Assembly (NCBI GenBank): GCA_965228895.1 | Contig: OZ245842.1 | Span: 4,448,001-4,512,000 of the forward strand | From: Alphaproteobacteria bacterium | GTDB lineage: Bacteria; Pseudomonadota; Alphaproteobacteria; SP197 | Direction of reading: 5' to 3' | DNA length: 64,000 nucleotides | Part shown: piece after piece, positions 20,304 to 29,923 of the stretch | How positions within the stretch are numbered: the stretch's first letter is position 1 | Layout: each line of letters starts with the position of its first letter | Notes under the pieces: generated by a model | What the model was told of the DNA's origin: nothing | Seen by the model: only the letters and a program-made list of their open reading frames with translations | Database searches by the model: none | Position numbers and translations under genes: made by a program

Positions 20304-22072
20304 GCGAACACCGCATCCGGCGCGTCGTGCACGGCTGCCGCGCCTTGCGTCACGATGGCGGCGAGAGCCGCAGCCTTGGGCAGTTCCTGATCCATGTAGA
20401 ACTGAGCCGTCGCTCGCTTAGCGGCCAAAAAATCGCGATCGGCGAGGTCCGATCCGTCCAGAGCGGCCAGTGCCTGACGCACCATTTGCCAGCCGCCGGC
20501 GACGGTGCCGAACAGTGCCAGATAGGTCGTTGCCGAGGCGAGCGCCAGATCGTTGTCGGTCGCGGCCGTCGCGATGACCCAGTCTGTCGCATGACGCAGA
20601 TGGCCGAGCGCGTCCGCCAATTGGTCGGCAAAACGTTCGAGGCCATTATCGCGCGCCCTACCGATGACACCGTCGATATCATCGAACAGCGCGCCGGCCA
20701 TTGCGCCGCCGTCGCGTACGATCTTGCGGCCGACAAGATCGATCGCCTGGATGCCGTTGGTGCCTTCGTAGATCGGCAGGATGCGCACGTCGCGATAGTG
20801 CTGGGCTGCGCCCGTTTCCTCGATGAAACCCATGCCCCCGTGGACCTGCAGGGCCATCGACGTTATGTCGGCGGCGTTGTCGGTACACCAGCCCTTGGTG
20901 ATCGGCGTCAGGAGGTCGAAGCGCGCGTGGGCCGCCTCGCGTACTACCGGATCGGGGTGCTTCGAGGCGCGGTCGAAAGCCGCCGCCGCGCTCAACGTTA
21001 GCCCGCGTCCCGCCTCGATGCGCGCCTTCATCGACAGCAGCATGCGCCGGACATCCGGATGCTCGATGATCGTGGCGTCGGCGCCGTTGCGCCGACCCTG
21101 CACCCGCTCCCGCGCGAAGGTCAATGCCTGCTGATAGGCGCGTTCGGCAATCGCGATGCCTTGCACGGCAACGGCGACGCGGGCGTTGTTCATCATGGTA
21201 AACATGTACTCGAGCCCGCGGTTCTCCTCACCGACCAGGAAACCGGTGGCGCCGCCGTCATCGCCATAGGCCATGACGCAGGTCGGGCTGCCGACGATGC
21301 CGAGCTTGTGCTCCAGCGATACGGCGCGCAGATCGTTGCGCGCGCCCGGCGTGCCGTCGTCCTTTGGCAGGTACTTCGGCACGATGAAAAGCGAGATGCC
21401 TTTCACGCCGGCCGGCGCGTCGGGCAGCCGGGCAAGCACCAGATGCACGATATTCTCGGTCAGCTCGTGCTCGCCATAGGTGATGAAGATCTTCTGACCC
21501 GTCACGGCGTAGATACCGTCATCGCGCCGTTCGGCGCGGGTCCGGATACGCGCGAGATCGGTGCCGGCCTGGGGCTCCGTCAGGTTCATGGTGCCCGACC
21601 AGGTGCCGGCGATCATGTTCGGCAGATAGACCGCCTTCTGCTCGGACGATCCGTGATGGCTCAGCAGTTCGACGGCGCCGCGCGTCAGCAGCGTACCGGT
21701 CGAAAACGCCATGTTGGCCGCTTCGAACATTTCCTGGACCACCAGCGACAGCGTCCACGGCAAACCCTGACCGCCGTAATCGGGATCGAAGGAGAGGCTG
21801 TTCCAACCACCTTCGACATAGGCGCGGTAGGCGGCGTGGAAACCATCCGGCAGCCGGACCACGCCGTTTTCCAGACGGGCACCTTCAAGATCGCCGGCCC
21901 GGTTGGTCGGCGCCAACACCTCGCCGGCGAGCTTGCCCGCCTCCTCCAGAAGCGCCGCCACGAGGCCGTCGTCGGCCGCCTCGAACCCGGGGAGGCTGAC
22001 CAGCTCGTCGAAACCCGCTTGGGCTAACAGGGCAAATCGAATGTCTTCTAGCGGCGCGGTGTAATCACTCAT
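20300..22072 (-). CDS. Acyl-CoA dehydrogenase
   Basis: GGQGLP, WSGTMNLTEPQAGTDL, GQKIFITYGEH, EHKLGI.GSPTC, MFTMMNNAR, QVHGGMGFIEETG, IYEGTNGIQA. Confidence 0.95.
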   Translation of the reverse strand: MSDYTAPLEDIRFALLAQAGFDELVSLPGFEAADDGLVAALLEEAGKLAGEVLAPTNRAGDLEGARLENGVVRLPDGFHAAYRAYVEGGWNSLSFDPDYGGQGLPWTLSLVVQEMFEAANMAFSTGTLLTRGAVELLSHHGSSEQKAVYLPNMIAGTWSGTMNLTEPQAGTDLARIRTRAERRDDGIYAVTGQKIFITYGEHELTENIVHLVLARLPDAPAGVKGISLFIVPKYLPKDDGTPGARNDLRAVSLEHKLGIVGSPTCVMAYGDDGGATGFLVGEENRGLEYMFTMMNNARVAVAVQGIAIAERAYQQALTFARERVQGRRNGADATIIEHPDVRRMLLSMKARIEAGRGLTLSAAAAFDRASKHPDPVVREAAHARFDLLTPITKGWCTDNAADITSMALQVHGGMGFIEETGAAQHYRDVRILPIYEGTNGIQAIDLVGRKIVRDGGAMAGALFDDIDGVIGRARDNGLERFADQLADALGHLRHATDWVIATAATDNDLALASATTYLALFGTVAGGWQMVRQALAALDGSDLADRDFLAAKRATAQFYMDQELPKAAALAAIVTQGAAAVHDAPDAVFA

Positions 22073-22206
22073 CACAACAGACTTTCAAATCGATCGATCC
22101 CGCACGTTGGCATAGGTTCCACGAGTGATTCCAGTACGAGACATCCAACTGGCGGTGGGCCCAGTCATCGATTAGCCTGGACCCAGCCTCGCGGACTGGC
22201 CGTGGG

Positions 22207-22353
22207 GCGTGTTCTCAGGGCGGGGTGGAAGTCCCCACCGGCGGTGAGCACAGCCTGTGCAAGCCCGCGAGCGCCTTCCGGTGCCAGCCGGAAGGGTCAG
22301 CTGACCCGGTGCAATTCCGGGGCCGACGGTCAAAGTCCGGATGGGAGAGAACA
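22207..22353 (+). ncRNA. FMN riboswitch (RFN element)
   Basis: TCAGGGCGGGGTGGAAGTCCCCACCGGCGGT...AGCCCGCGAGCG...GTCAGCTGACCCGGTGCAATTCCGGGGCCGACGGTCAAAGTCCGGATGGGAGAGAAC, upstream of a lumazine synthase. Confidence 0.95.
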
Positions 22354-22430
22354 ATCAACGTAGCCCGGCCGTTCCGGTCCGGACTAACGCGTGATTGCAC
22401 GCCCTGATTCAGGTCAAACGGAGTGATGAC

Positions 22431-22943
22431 ATGAATCAGACCACGCAGACACACGACAACGACAACATCGCGTTCATCAAGGCGCGCTGGCACAGCGACA
22501 TCGTCGATCGCTGCGAAGAAGGGTTTTTGGATGAACTTCGCAAGCGCTCTTGGTGCGCGGGCAGGGTCGACACCTTCGCGGTGCCTGGCTCGTTGGAGAT
22601 ACCGCTATTGGCCCGCCAGCTTGCGCTGCGCGGTGACCATGCGGCGATCGTCGCATCCGGCTTTGTCGTCGACGGCGGCATTTACCGCCACGACTTCGTC
22701 GCCGCAACGGTGATCAACGCGCTCATGCAGGTTCAGTTGGAGACTGGCGTTCCCGTCTTGTCGGCGGTACTGACGCCGCATCATTTTCACGAAGGTTCGC
22801 CACATGATGTGTTCTTTGCCGAACACTTCGTGACCAAGGGCCGGGAGGCCGCCGAAGCCTGTCTGGCGACCATCGAGGGGTTGGCGCGCCTGACCCAGGT
22901 AGGCCGCGTGGACTTTCGGGCAACGGCAGCCATGACGAGCTAG
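22431..22943 (+). CDS. ribH: 6,7-dimethyl-8-ribityllumazine synthase, type II (RibH2-like)
   Basis: IAFIKARWHSDIV, VPGSLEIPL, VVDGGIYRHDFVA, VPVLSAVLTPHHFH; controlled by an FMN riboswitch. Confidence 0.92.
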   Translation: MNQTTQTHDNDNIAFIKARWHSDIVDRCEEGFLDELRKRSWCAGRVDTFAVPGSLEIPLLARQLALRGDHAAIVASGFVVDGGIYRHDFVAATVINALMQVQLETGVPVLSAVLTPHHFHEGSPHDVFFAEHFVTKGREAAEACLATIEGLARLTQVGRVDFRATAAMTS

Positions 22944-23020
22944 ACCCCGTCGTATTGCCGGGATGCCATCGCGTGAGTTTGTGCTCTAAGGTGCGCGTCC
23001 CGGCAGAACGGAGAGACACC

Positions 23021-23269
23021 ATGAGCGAAGGCGGCGGTGAACAGTCGCAACATCTCGACTTGGCCAACCGGTTCGTCGAGATCGCCAACGATATGCTGCA
23101 GTCCGGCGGCGACGCCGAGGCCATCGGCCTGGCCATGACCCACGCCGCCGCCAACTTCACGGCCTTTGCCGCCGTCCAGATGGAAGGCAGTGAGGAAGAG
23201 CTGAGGAATGTCGTCGGCGAGTTCGAACGTCTCCTCTTTGCCTATTACAAGAACCGTCAGCCGCTCTAG
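23021..23269 (+). CDS. DUF3144-like small protein
   Basis: GGAGAG RBS; LANRFVEIAN...AMTHAAANFTAF. Confidence 0.7.
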   Translation: MSEGGGEQSQHLDLANRFVEIANDMLQSGGDAEAIGLAMTHAAANFTAFAAVQMEGSEEELRNVVGEFERLLFAYYKNRQPL

Positions 23270-23299
23270 GCGCATGCTTTCTGAAGGGTCCGCGTAATC

Positions 23300-24196
23300 A
23301 TGGCAGCGCCGTCGGCGCCGCTGCATCGCCACGCGCCGGCCCAGGCGATCCTTCTATGGTGTTTCGCCGCGCTGCTGTTCACCAGCCAAGGCGCCATCCT
23401 GAAGTGGCTGTCGGACGGCTATCACTTCTCGGAGATTCTGTTCTTCCGCTCGGTCGTGGTCGTCGCCATTCTGACGATCTTCCTGGCGCGAGGACCGGGA
23501 CTCGGTGCGCCGTTCCGCACCCGGCACGCCAAACTCCATGTTGCCCGCTTCCTGTGTTTCCTGGTGGCGCTGACCTGTTTTATCGAGGCCGTCAAACGGA
23601 TCTCGTTGAGCGACGCCATCGCCGTCACCTTCGCCGCACCGCTCTTGATGACGGCACTTGCCGTGCCACTGCTGCGCGAACGTATCGGGCCACGGCGATG
23701 GACCGCTGTTATCATTGGTCTTGGCGGCGTCCTTGTCATCGGCAACCCCAGCACCGGCATCTTCGAGGTGGCGGCATTGTGGGCTTTGGGAGCGGCACTC
23801 GGCTACGCGCTCGCGATCATCGTGACCCGCATGCTGACCGGCACCGACCCGACAGTCGTGATCGTCTGGACTCTCAACGCGCTCTACCTGGTCACGATGC
23901 CGTTCTTTATCCCCTTCACCTGGGTCGGGCCGACATGGCCAGATCTCGGTCTGATGGCCTTCGGCGGGCTGGTCGTTTTGGTCGCGCAACTGGGCGCGGT
24001 CCATGCCTGCCGGCTGGCGCCACCCCAGGTGCTGGCCCCGTTCGACTACACGGCAATGATATGGGCGGTGCTGCTCGATCTGGTCATCTGGCATGTGCTG
24101 CCATCGCTGACCGTGATTGGCGGCGCGGCAATCCTGATCGCCAGCGGTATCTATATTCTCTACCGCGAGGCCAAGGTGTCGAAGAATACGCCCTAA
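23300..24196 (+). CDS. DMT/EamA family transporter
   Basis: About 10 hydrophobic segments; EILFFRS, FAAPL, LRERIGPRRW, LAPFDYT. Confidence 0.9.
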   Translation: MAAPSAPLHRHAPAQAILLWCFAALLFTSQGAILKWLSDGYHFSEILFFRSVVVVAILTIFLARGPGLGAPFRTRHAKLHVARFLCFLVALTCFIEAVKRISLSDAIAVTFAAPLLMTALAVPLLRERIGPRRWTAVIIGLGGVLVIGNPSTGIFEVAALWALGAALGYALAIIVTRMLTGTDPTVVIVWTLNALYLVTMPFFIPFTWVGPTWPDLGLMAFGGLVVLVAQLGAVHACRLAPPQVLAPFDYTAMIWAVLLDLVIWHVLPSLTVIGGAAILIASGIYILYREAKVSKNTP

Positions 24197-25371
24197 GGTC
24201 GCGTCAGTTCCCTGGCGATCCATCCGGCGACGTGCCGGTTGTGCGCCTCCAGGTTACTGAGCGGTGCCCGCTGCGCCCAGGCGCTCTGCAATCCCTTCTG
24301 AATAGCCGCGTTGACGACGTAGTCCTCCTCGTTGAACTGGTGAAAGAACGCAACGGCTTCAGCCAGTCTGGCGTCGAAGTCCGGCAGTTCTCTTGCGGAA
24401 GGCGGAACGAAGAAATCCACATACATCCGGATGCGGCCCGCGGCGGTCGGGAACATACGGATTTTCATCCCGTAGTCAGGCTGCAGATAGATAAAGAAGT
24501 TGGGGAGGACGTAGACCAGCATGAAGTTGATCCGCTGCCGCTCGGTCAGCCCCGGGACGGGTTCAAAATACAAGGGCACATAGTCCAGGCCGTCGGCGTG
24601 CCGGGTTCTCTTGCTTTCCCTGGCCTCGCACCACTGAATGACGGTCGGGCCCTCGCACTGGGTGACGGTGGTGCGCGCGGGAAAGTTCGCTTCGAAGGTC
24701 TCGGCGTGCGCACCGATGTGGTGGTAGCACTCGCCGTTATCCTGCATGACCTTCCAGTCCCACGGGTACTCGCCGCAATCGACCGTCTCCACGACCTCCC
24801 AGGTTTGGATGCCGAACTCGGCGATCTCCTTATCGACGCCGGTCAGTTGCGGTCCCAACGGTTCGGCGTTGCCGTCCAGGTTGATGTAGACGAAACCCTG
24901 CCAGACCTCATGACGGACAACCGGCAGCGCGACGGTCTTGGGATCGAAGCCCGGACAATCCTTCATCGCGACGGCGCCACGCAACGTGCCGTCCAACTCA
25001 TAGGTCCAGGCGTGGTAGGGACAGACAAAGGCATCGCGATTGCCCGATCCGTCGCACACTTTCATCCAGCGGTGACGGCAGACATTGGAGAGCACCCGGA
25101 CGTCACCGTTCTTGTCGCGCACCAGGACAATCGGCTCGCCGACTACGTCCAGTGCCATAAAATCACCGGGGTTGGCGACCTGATCGACCCGACCGATGCA
25201 CAGCCAGTGACGGCGGAAGATCCGGTCGACCTCCAGGGCGTGCAGCTCGGGCGAAAAATAGGCTTCCGGCGGCAGGCTCCGCCACGCGCTGTTCTCCGAT
25301 TGCGCGATCTCTCGCAGGGACTCCAGCAAACTGGCCGTCTGGCCGGACCCGAACTCTTCGGCAAGCGACAC
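24193..25371 (-). CDS. Rieske non-heme iron oxygenase alpha subunit
   Basis: NVCRHR...CPYHAWTY Rieske motif; DNGECYHH..AH mononuclear iron motif. Confidence 0.92.
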   Translation of the reverse strand: MSLAEEFGSGQTASLLESLREIAQSENSAWRSLPPEAYFSPELHALEVDRIFRRHWLCIGRVDQVANPGDFMALDVVGEPIVLVRDKNGDVRVLSNVCRHRWMKVCDGSGNRDAFVCPYHAWTYELDGTLRGAVAMKDCPGFDPKTVALPVVRHEVWQGFVYINLDGNAEPLGPQLTGVDKEIAEFGIQTWEVVETVDCGEYPWDWKVMQDNGECYHHIGAHAETFEANFPARTTVTQCEGPTVIQWCEARESKRTRHADGLDYVPLYFEPVPGLTERQRINFMLVYVLPNFFIYLQPDYGMKIRMFPTAAGRIRMYVDFFVPPSARELPDFDARLAEAVAFFHQFNEEDYVVNAAIQKGLQSAWAQRAPLSNLEAHNRHVAGWIARELTRP

Positions 25372-25463
25372 GTTTCTGCCTCACATCAAATTGTAACTCG
25401 ATTTGGCAAGACAGTATCGAAGCGGACCGCGGCTTTCCAGTCGCAGAATCACAACCTGTCGGG

Positions 25464-26993
25464 CTAGTCGACCAGAAGCGTGTCGTAGAACGGCCGCGCT
25501 GAATCCGTCTCGACCAGACGGCCCCGTTCGATCACGAAGAAACGGTTGGCGACATCGTCGACGAAACGCCGGTCGTGGCTGACCATGACGGCGGTCAGGT
25601 CGCGGGTCAGGATCTCGTCTTCCAGGCGCTCGCGCCCGTCGATATCCAGATGGTTGGTCGGCTCATCCAAGATCAACATGTTTGGCCGTTCGAACTTAAG
25701 GAGCAGAAACAGCAGGCGCGCGCGTTCGCCGCCGCTCAGGCTTTTGATCGCCCGGTCGTGCTCGACAAACGGAAACCCGGCGCGCACCAGTTCGGCGCGC
25801 ACGCGCGTATCGGCGACCGAGAATGTGCGCGCGAAGAACGCGAACATCGCCTGGTTGTCCGGCAGGCGCGAGAGGTCCTGATCGAAATAGCCGGCCTCGA
25901 CCTGCGGATTGAAATAAACCGGCGCGGTCTCGGCGATCCGGTCGCCGTGATCGGCGTATTCGGCCAACAGATGGCGCAGGAAGGTCGACTTGCCGGAACC
26001 GTTGATGCCCAGGATCACCGCGCGGTCGCCGCGCGCCAGCGCCAGGCGATCGATCGCGAAAAGTTCGCTGCCGTCCGGCGCATCGATCGTCAGGTTGTTA
26101 CAGCGCAGCAGGATGTTCGACTGTACCTGGCCGTCGGCGAGTTCCAGGTTGCGTCTGTCGTCGGCGGCGACCGCGGTCATCGTGTCCTTCAGCTTGTCGA
26201 TGCGCTTTTCCATGCTGCGCGCGCGCCGGGAGAACTTCTCGTTGTCGAAGACCTTACCCCAGGTCGCCAACCGCTTGGCGCTCCGTTCCAGCCGCTTGAC
26301 CTCCGCCTCCTCGGCCTCGCGCGCCCGCGCAGCGGCCAGGTCGTGCTCGGTCAAAAGCCGGCGTGCCTCTGTATAGGGTGCGGCGAAGTCATGGAGCTTG
26401 GTGTCGCGCAAAAAGAGCGTCCGCCGGGTCACCCAGTCCAGCACCTCACGGTCATGGCTGACCACGATCAGGCCGCCGCGCACCTCGTCCGCCAGCCAGC
26501 GTTCGAGATGCAGGATCTTGGCGAGGTCCAGATGGTTGGTCGGTTCGTCGAGCAGCAACAGGTCGGGCTCGTTGATCGCGGCGCGCGCGATCAGCGCCAG
26601 CCTCTGCCAGCCGCCGCTGAGCGCACCGAGCGCGCGGTCATGGAACTCATGAGGAAAGCCAAGCCCGCTCATGATGACGTCGACGCGCCACGCCTCGTCG
26701 TCCTGAAGTGTCGCCGGCAGCGCAGCCAGCACCGCGTCGCGCAATGTTACGTCTGTCAGGCTTTCGGGCAGCTCCTGCTCGGCATAACCGATGGTGAGCC
26801 CGCGTTTGAACGCCAGTTTGCCGCTATCGGCCTCGTGTTCGCCGGCCAGGACCCTTAGGAGTGTGGATTTTCCGCTGCCGTTGGCGCCGACCAAGCCCAC
26901 GCGGTCGCCATCGCCGATCGAAAAACCGGCGTTCCGAAGCACGGTCGTCGCACCATGGGCGACGCCGAGATCAGAGGCGATGACAAGCGACAT
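25464..26993 (-). CDS. ABC-F family ATP-binding protein
   Basis: Two NBDs (GANGSGKST/LSGGW/LDEPTNHLD and GINGSGKST/LSGGE/LDEPTNHLD), a helical linker and no TM segments. Confidence 0.93.
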   Translation of the reverse strand: MSLVIASDLGVAHGATTVLRNAGFSIGDGDRVGLVGANGSGKSTLLRVLAGEHEADSGKLAFKRGLTIGYAEQELPESLTDVTLRDAVLAALPATLQDDEAWRVDVIMSGLGFPHEFHDRALGALSGGWQRLALIARAAINEPDLLLLDEPTNHLDLAKILHLERWLADEVRGGLIVVSHDREVLDWVTRRTLFLRDTKLHDFAAPYTEARRLLTEHDLAAARAREAEEAEVKRLERSAKRLATWGKVFDNEKFSRRARSMEKRIDKLKDTMTAVAADDRRNLELADGQVQSNILLRCNNLTIDAPDGSELFAIDRLALARGDRAVILGINGSGKSTFLRHLLAEYADHGDRIAETAPVYFNPQVEAGYFDQDLSRLPDNQAMFAFFARTFSVADTRVRAELVRAGFPFVEHDRAIKSLSGGERARLLFLLLKFERPNMLILDEPTNHLDIDGRERLEDEILTRDLTAVMVSHDRRFVDDVANRFFVIERGRLVETDSARPFYDTLLVD

Positions 26994-27180
26994 CTCACGT
27001 GGGTCTGAGCCCCGGTTCAAATCAAGAGGGCGGCCCTTTTACTGTGAGACGCGCGCAACGTCGACCCCGGAACGTGAAAAAGTCGCCCCGGGGCGATGAC
27101 GAGGGCCATGACCGTGGCGATGGCAACCCATCCACACTACATTAACCAAGACCGCTCGGACGAACGATGGAGGCTCCACC

Positions 27181-27954
27181 ATGCTTGCTGTGATTTCACC
27201 CGCCAAGGCGCTTGATTTCGAACGGCCGACCAACGGTCTGGACAAGAGCGAGCCGCTCTTTATCGACGACACGAGAAAACTCGCGAAGACCGCGCGGCAG
27301 CTCTCCAGGCGCAAGCTCTCCCAGATGATGGATATCAGCGCCGATCTGGCCGACCTCAACTGGCGCCGCTTCCAGGCCTTCGAGGCGGAGCCCCAGCCGG
27401 AAGCCGTCAAGCCCGCCGCGCTCGCCTTCAACGGCGACACTTATCGCGGTCTGGACGCACCGACGCTGAGCCACGACGACATGGACTACGCCCAGGACCA
27501 CCTGCGCATCCTATCCGGCCTCTATGGCCTCCTGCGCCCGCTCGACGTCATTCAGCCCTATCGTTTGGAGATGGGCGTAAAAATCCACACGCGCCGCGGC
27601 GAGACACTCTATGACTTCTGGGGCGATCGGATCAGCAAGGCGCTCAACAAGGCGAGCGAGGACCATGACGACCGCACGCTGATCAACCTGGCCTCGGCCG
27701 AATACTTCAAGGCGGTCAAGCCGAAGAAACTGGCCGGTCCGGTGCTGACCATGGCGTTCAAGGAAGAAAGCGGCGGCATGACAAAGATGATCGGTTTCCT
27801 CGCCAAACAGGCGCGCGGATCAATGGCCCGCTACATGGTACAGAACCGCATCGACCGGCCCGAAGGCCTCAAGGATTTCGACGGCGGCGGTTACCGCTAT
27901 CAGCCCGCCATGTCGTCAGACAAGGAATGGGTTTTCACCCGGCCGGCGGCCTGA
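27181..27954 (+). CDS. yaaA: Peroxide stress protein YaaA
   Basis: ISPAK.LD, AFNGDTY.GL, LRILSGLYGLLRPLD.IQPYRLEMG, NLASAEY, AKQARG. Confidence 0.93.
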   Translation: MLAVISPAKALDFERPTNGLDKSEPLFIDDTRKLAKTARQLSRRKLSQMMDISADLADLNWRRFQAFEAEPQPEAVKPAALAFNGDTYRGLDAPTLSHDDMDYAQDHLRILSGLYGLLRPLDVIQPYRLEMGVKIHTRRGETLYDFWGDRISKALNKASEDHDDRTLINLASAEYFKAVKPKKLAGPVLTMAFKEESGGMTKMIGFLAKQARGSMARYMVQNRIDRPEGLKDFDGGGYRYQPAMSSDKEWVFTRPAA

Positions 27955-27967
27955 GGAGAGATAGCCG

Positions 27968-28249
27968 ATGGTAAGGATTGTCGTGACGTCCGAGGTTGAA
28001 GACTAGGCGGCCTGGGAAAAGGCCTTCACGACCCACGGCCCGCTGCTGAAAAAGCAGGGTGTCATCAGTCCGTGCGGCTACGGCTATGCGACCGAGGGCA
28101 ACAAAGTCTCGCTTTGCTTCGAGGTCGACGACGTCGACGCCTTGAAAGAGGCGTTGAAGGACCAGTCTGCCCTCAACGCGATGGCCGAAGACGGCGTCAT
28201 ACCCGGCACCTACTCGCTGTTCGTGATCGACAAGAACCTCGACTTCTAG
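27968..28249 (+). pseudogene. Small protein (possible dimeric alpha+beta barrel) interrupted by an in-frame TAG at codon 13
   Basis: GAGGAG RBS, then MVRIVVTSEVED*AAWEKAF...AMAEDGV...DKNLDF*. TAG at 28004-28006; the frame stays open to 28249. Confidence 0.7.
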
Positions 28250-28345
28250 TCGCAATCTTCGAAGCACGTCGCGACGACACGATAGACGCGCAAAGACACC
28301 CTCTATAGATCCTTGTTAGCCTTGTGCCGGACAAGGAGGTCGGAC

Positions 28346-28639
28346 ATGGCTACTTACATTCTGCTCGCCAACTGGACGGAGGCGGGTTTTCGCGAGATCA
28401 AGGATTCACCGGACCGTCTCGACGGGTTCAAGGCGGCGTGTCGGGAACACGGCGGCGAGATCCTCGGCTACTACATGACGATGGGCCCGTACGACATGGT
28501 CATCATTGTCGACGCGCCGGATGACGAGACGATCGCACTACTGGCGCTGGCCGGTGGCGCCCAAGGGCGGACGCGGACGTTGACGCTCAAGGCGTTCAAC
28601 GAGGACGAATACCGCAAGCTTGTGAGCGCGCTTCCTTAA
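28346..28639 (+). CDS. GYD domain protein
   Basis: AAGGAGG RBS; YILLANWT..G, TMGPYDMVIIVDAPD, RTLTLKAF. Confidence 0.88.
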   Translation: MATYILLANWTEAGFREIKDSPDRLDGFKAACREHGGEILGYYMTMGPYDMVIIVDAPDDETIALLALAGGAQGRTRTLTLKAFNEDEYRKLVSALP

Positions 28640-28647
28640 CAGAGCGA

Positions 28648-28675
28648 TTTCCTCTCCCCCGGAGGGGAGAGGAAA
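28648..28675. terminator. Hairpin between convergent genes (terminator or REP-like)
   Basis: TTTCCTCTCCCC-CGGA-GGGGAGAGGAAA, 12 bp stem. Confidence 0.6.
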
Positions 28676-28697
28676 AACGTCATGCTGATACCTGTGC

Positions 28698-29819
28698 CTA
28701 GGCGCCGGCGCGCAGTTCGTCGACCATGTTGAGGTACTTTTCGCGCCACGGTGATTCGATTGTCTCGAAGTAGACGCCGGTCGCCAGCGCCTCCTCCGGA
28801 TTGGCAATGCCGATACCTGCCAGCATTTCCTGATCGACCAGTTCGAAGGACTTGCGGTTGGCGGCGCCGAAGCCATAGGTGTTCAAGAGCGCGACGCCGG
28901 CCTCGACCGAGATCACCGCGTCCATGAAGTCATAGGCCATCTGTTCGTCGCCGGCACTGCCCTCGACCAGACAGTAGCCGTCGGTCCAGGTCAGGATGCC
29001 CTCGACCGGCACCATGTAGCCCGTCGGCACGCCGTGGTTGGCGAGCGCGGCGGCCGTCGAGTTCCAGCCATAGGCGGCGACCACCTCGCCCGACGCCATG
29101 GCCTGGGCGACATCGGTCTCGCTTTGCCAGTAGTAACGCAGCAAGGGGCGCTGTTTGACCAGGAACTCCTTGACCTCGGCAATCTCCTCGTCGGTCATGG
29201 CGAACGGGTTCTCGATGCCGAGCACCAAGGCGGCGGGAATGACGATCGAATCCATCTGGTCGTTGGTCGCCAGCCGGCCGGCATAGCGCTCGTCCCACAG
29301 GATCTTCCAGGTGTTGTTCTCGATGTATTCGGGATCGACGAGGTCGGGCCGGTAGACGACGGACGACGTGCCCCAGTCCCACGGCACGTACCAGGTTTGG
29401 TCGCCGAACACGGTGCCGTCGACGGTCTTCAAACCCTCCAGCATGTCCGGCCAATTGGACAGGCGCGAGGTATCGATCGGCTTGATGATGCCGGCGTCGT
29501 GGAACTTCTTGACCAGCGGGTTCGACGGGCAGACGAGATCGGGGCGAAAGCCCGCGTTGACCTTCTGGAAGGCCTCGTCGTTGTCGGCGTAGAAGCTGAA
29601 ATCGGGATCGGTGCCGTACTTCTCCGTGTAGGCCTCATAGAACTCGGGCAGCTCATAACCGCTCCACGTGAAGACGGAGAGATTGGCCGCCGCAGAGGCC
29701 GGCCGGCGCAGGACCGGCATGGAGACCGACGCCAAACCGACCGCCGACATGGCGGTCATGATGTCGCGCCGGCTCAGCTTGCCGTCGGTCAGGTCACGCA
29801 GAAATTGCTTGGTGTCCAT
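28698..29819 (-). CDS. PotD/PotF-like extracellular solute-binding protein with Tat signal
   Basis: LSRRD Tat-like motif, FTWSGY, IDTSRLSNW, VPWDWG, YMVP.EG...W.D. Confidence 0.88.
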   Translation of the reverse strand: MDTKQFLRDLTDGKLSRRDIMTAMSAVGLASVSMPVLRRPASAAANLSVFTWSGYELPEFYEAYTEKYGTDPDFSFYADNDEAFQKVNAGFRPDLVCPSNPLVKKFHDAGIIKPIDTSRLSNWPDMLEGLKTVDGTVFGDQTWYVPWDWGTSSVVYRPDLVDPEYIENNTWKILWDERYAGRLATNDQMDSIVIPAALVLGIENPFAMTDEEIAEVKEFLVKQRPLLRYYWQSETDVAQAMASGEVVAAYGWNSTAAALANHGVPTGYMVPVEGILTWTDGYCLVEGSAGDEQMAYDFMDAVISVEAGVALLNTYGFGAANRKSFELVDQEMLAGIGIANPEEALATGVYFETIESPWREKYLNMVDELRAGA

Positions 29820-29923
29820 GGGCGGGGTCCCCCTGCTTATTGAAGAAGTCAGTTAGACTAACAAGTTGGGGTGACACCGCAAACCACACGTTTCGGTGAC
29901 CCCGGTCACCATGGCGCGCGGCC

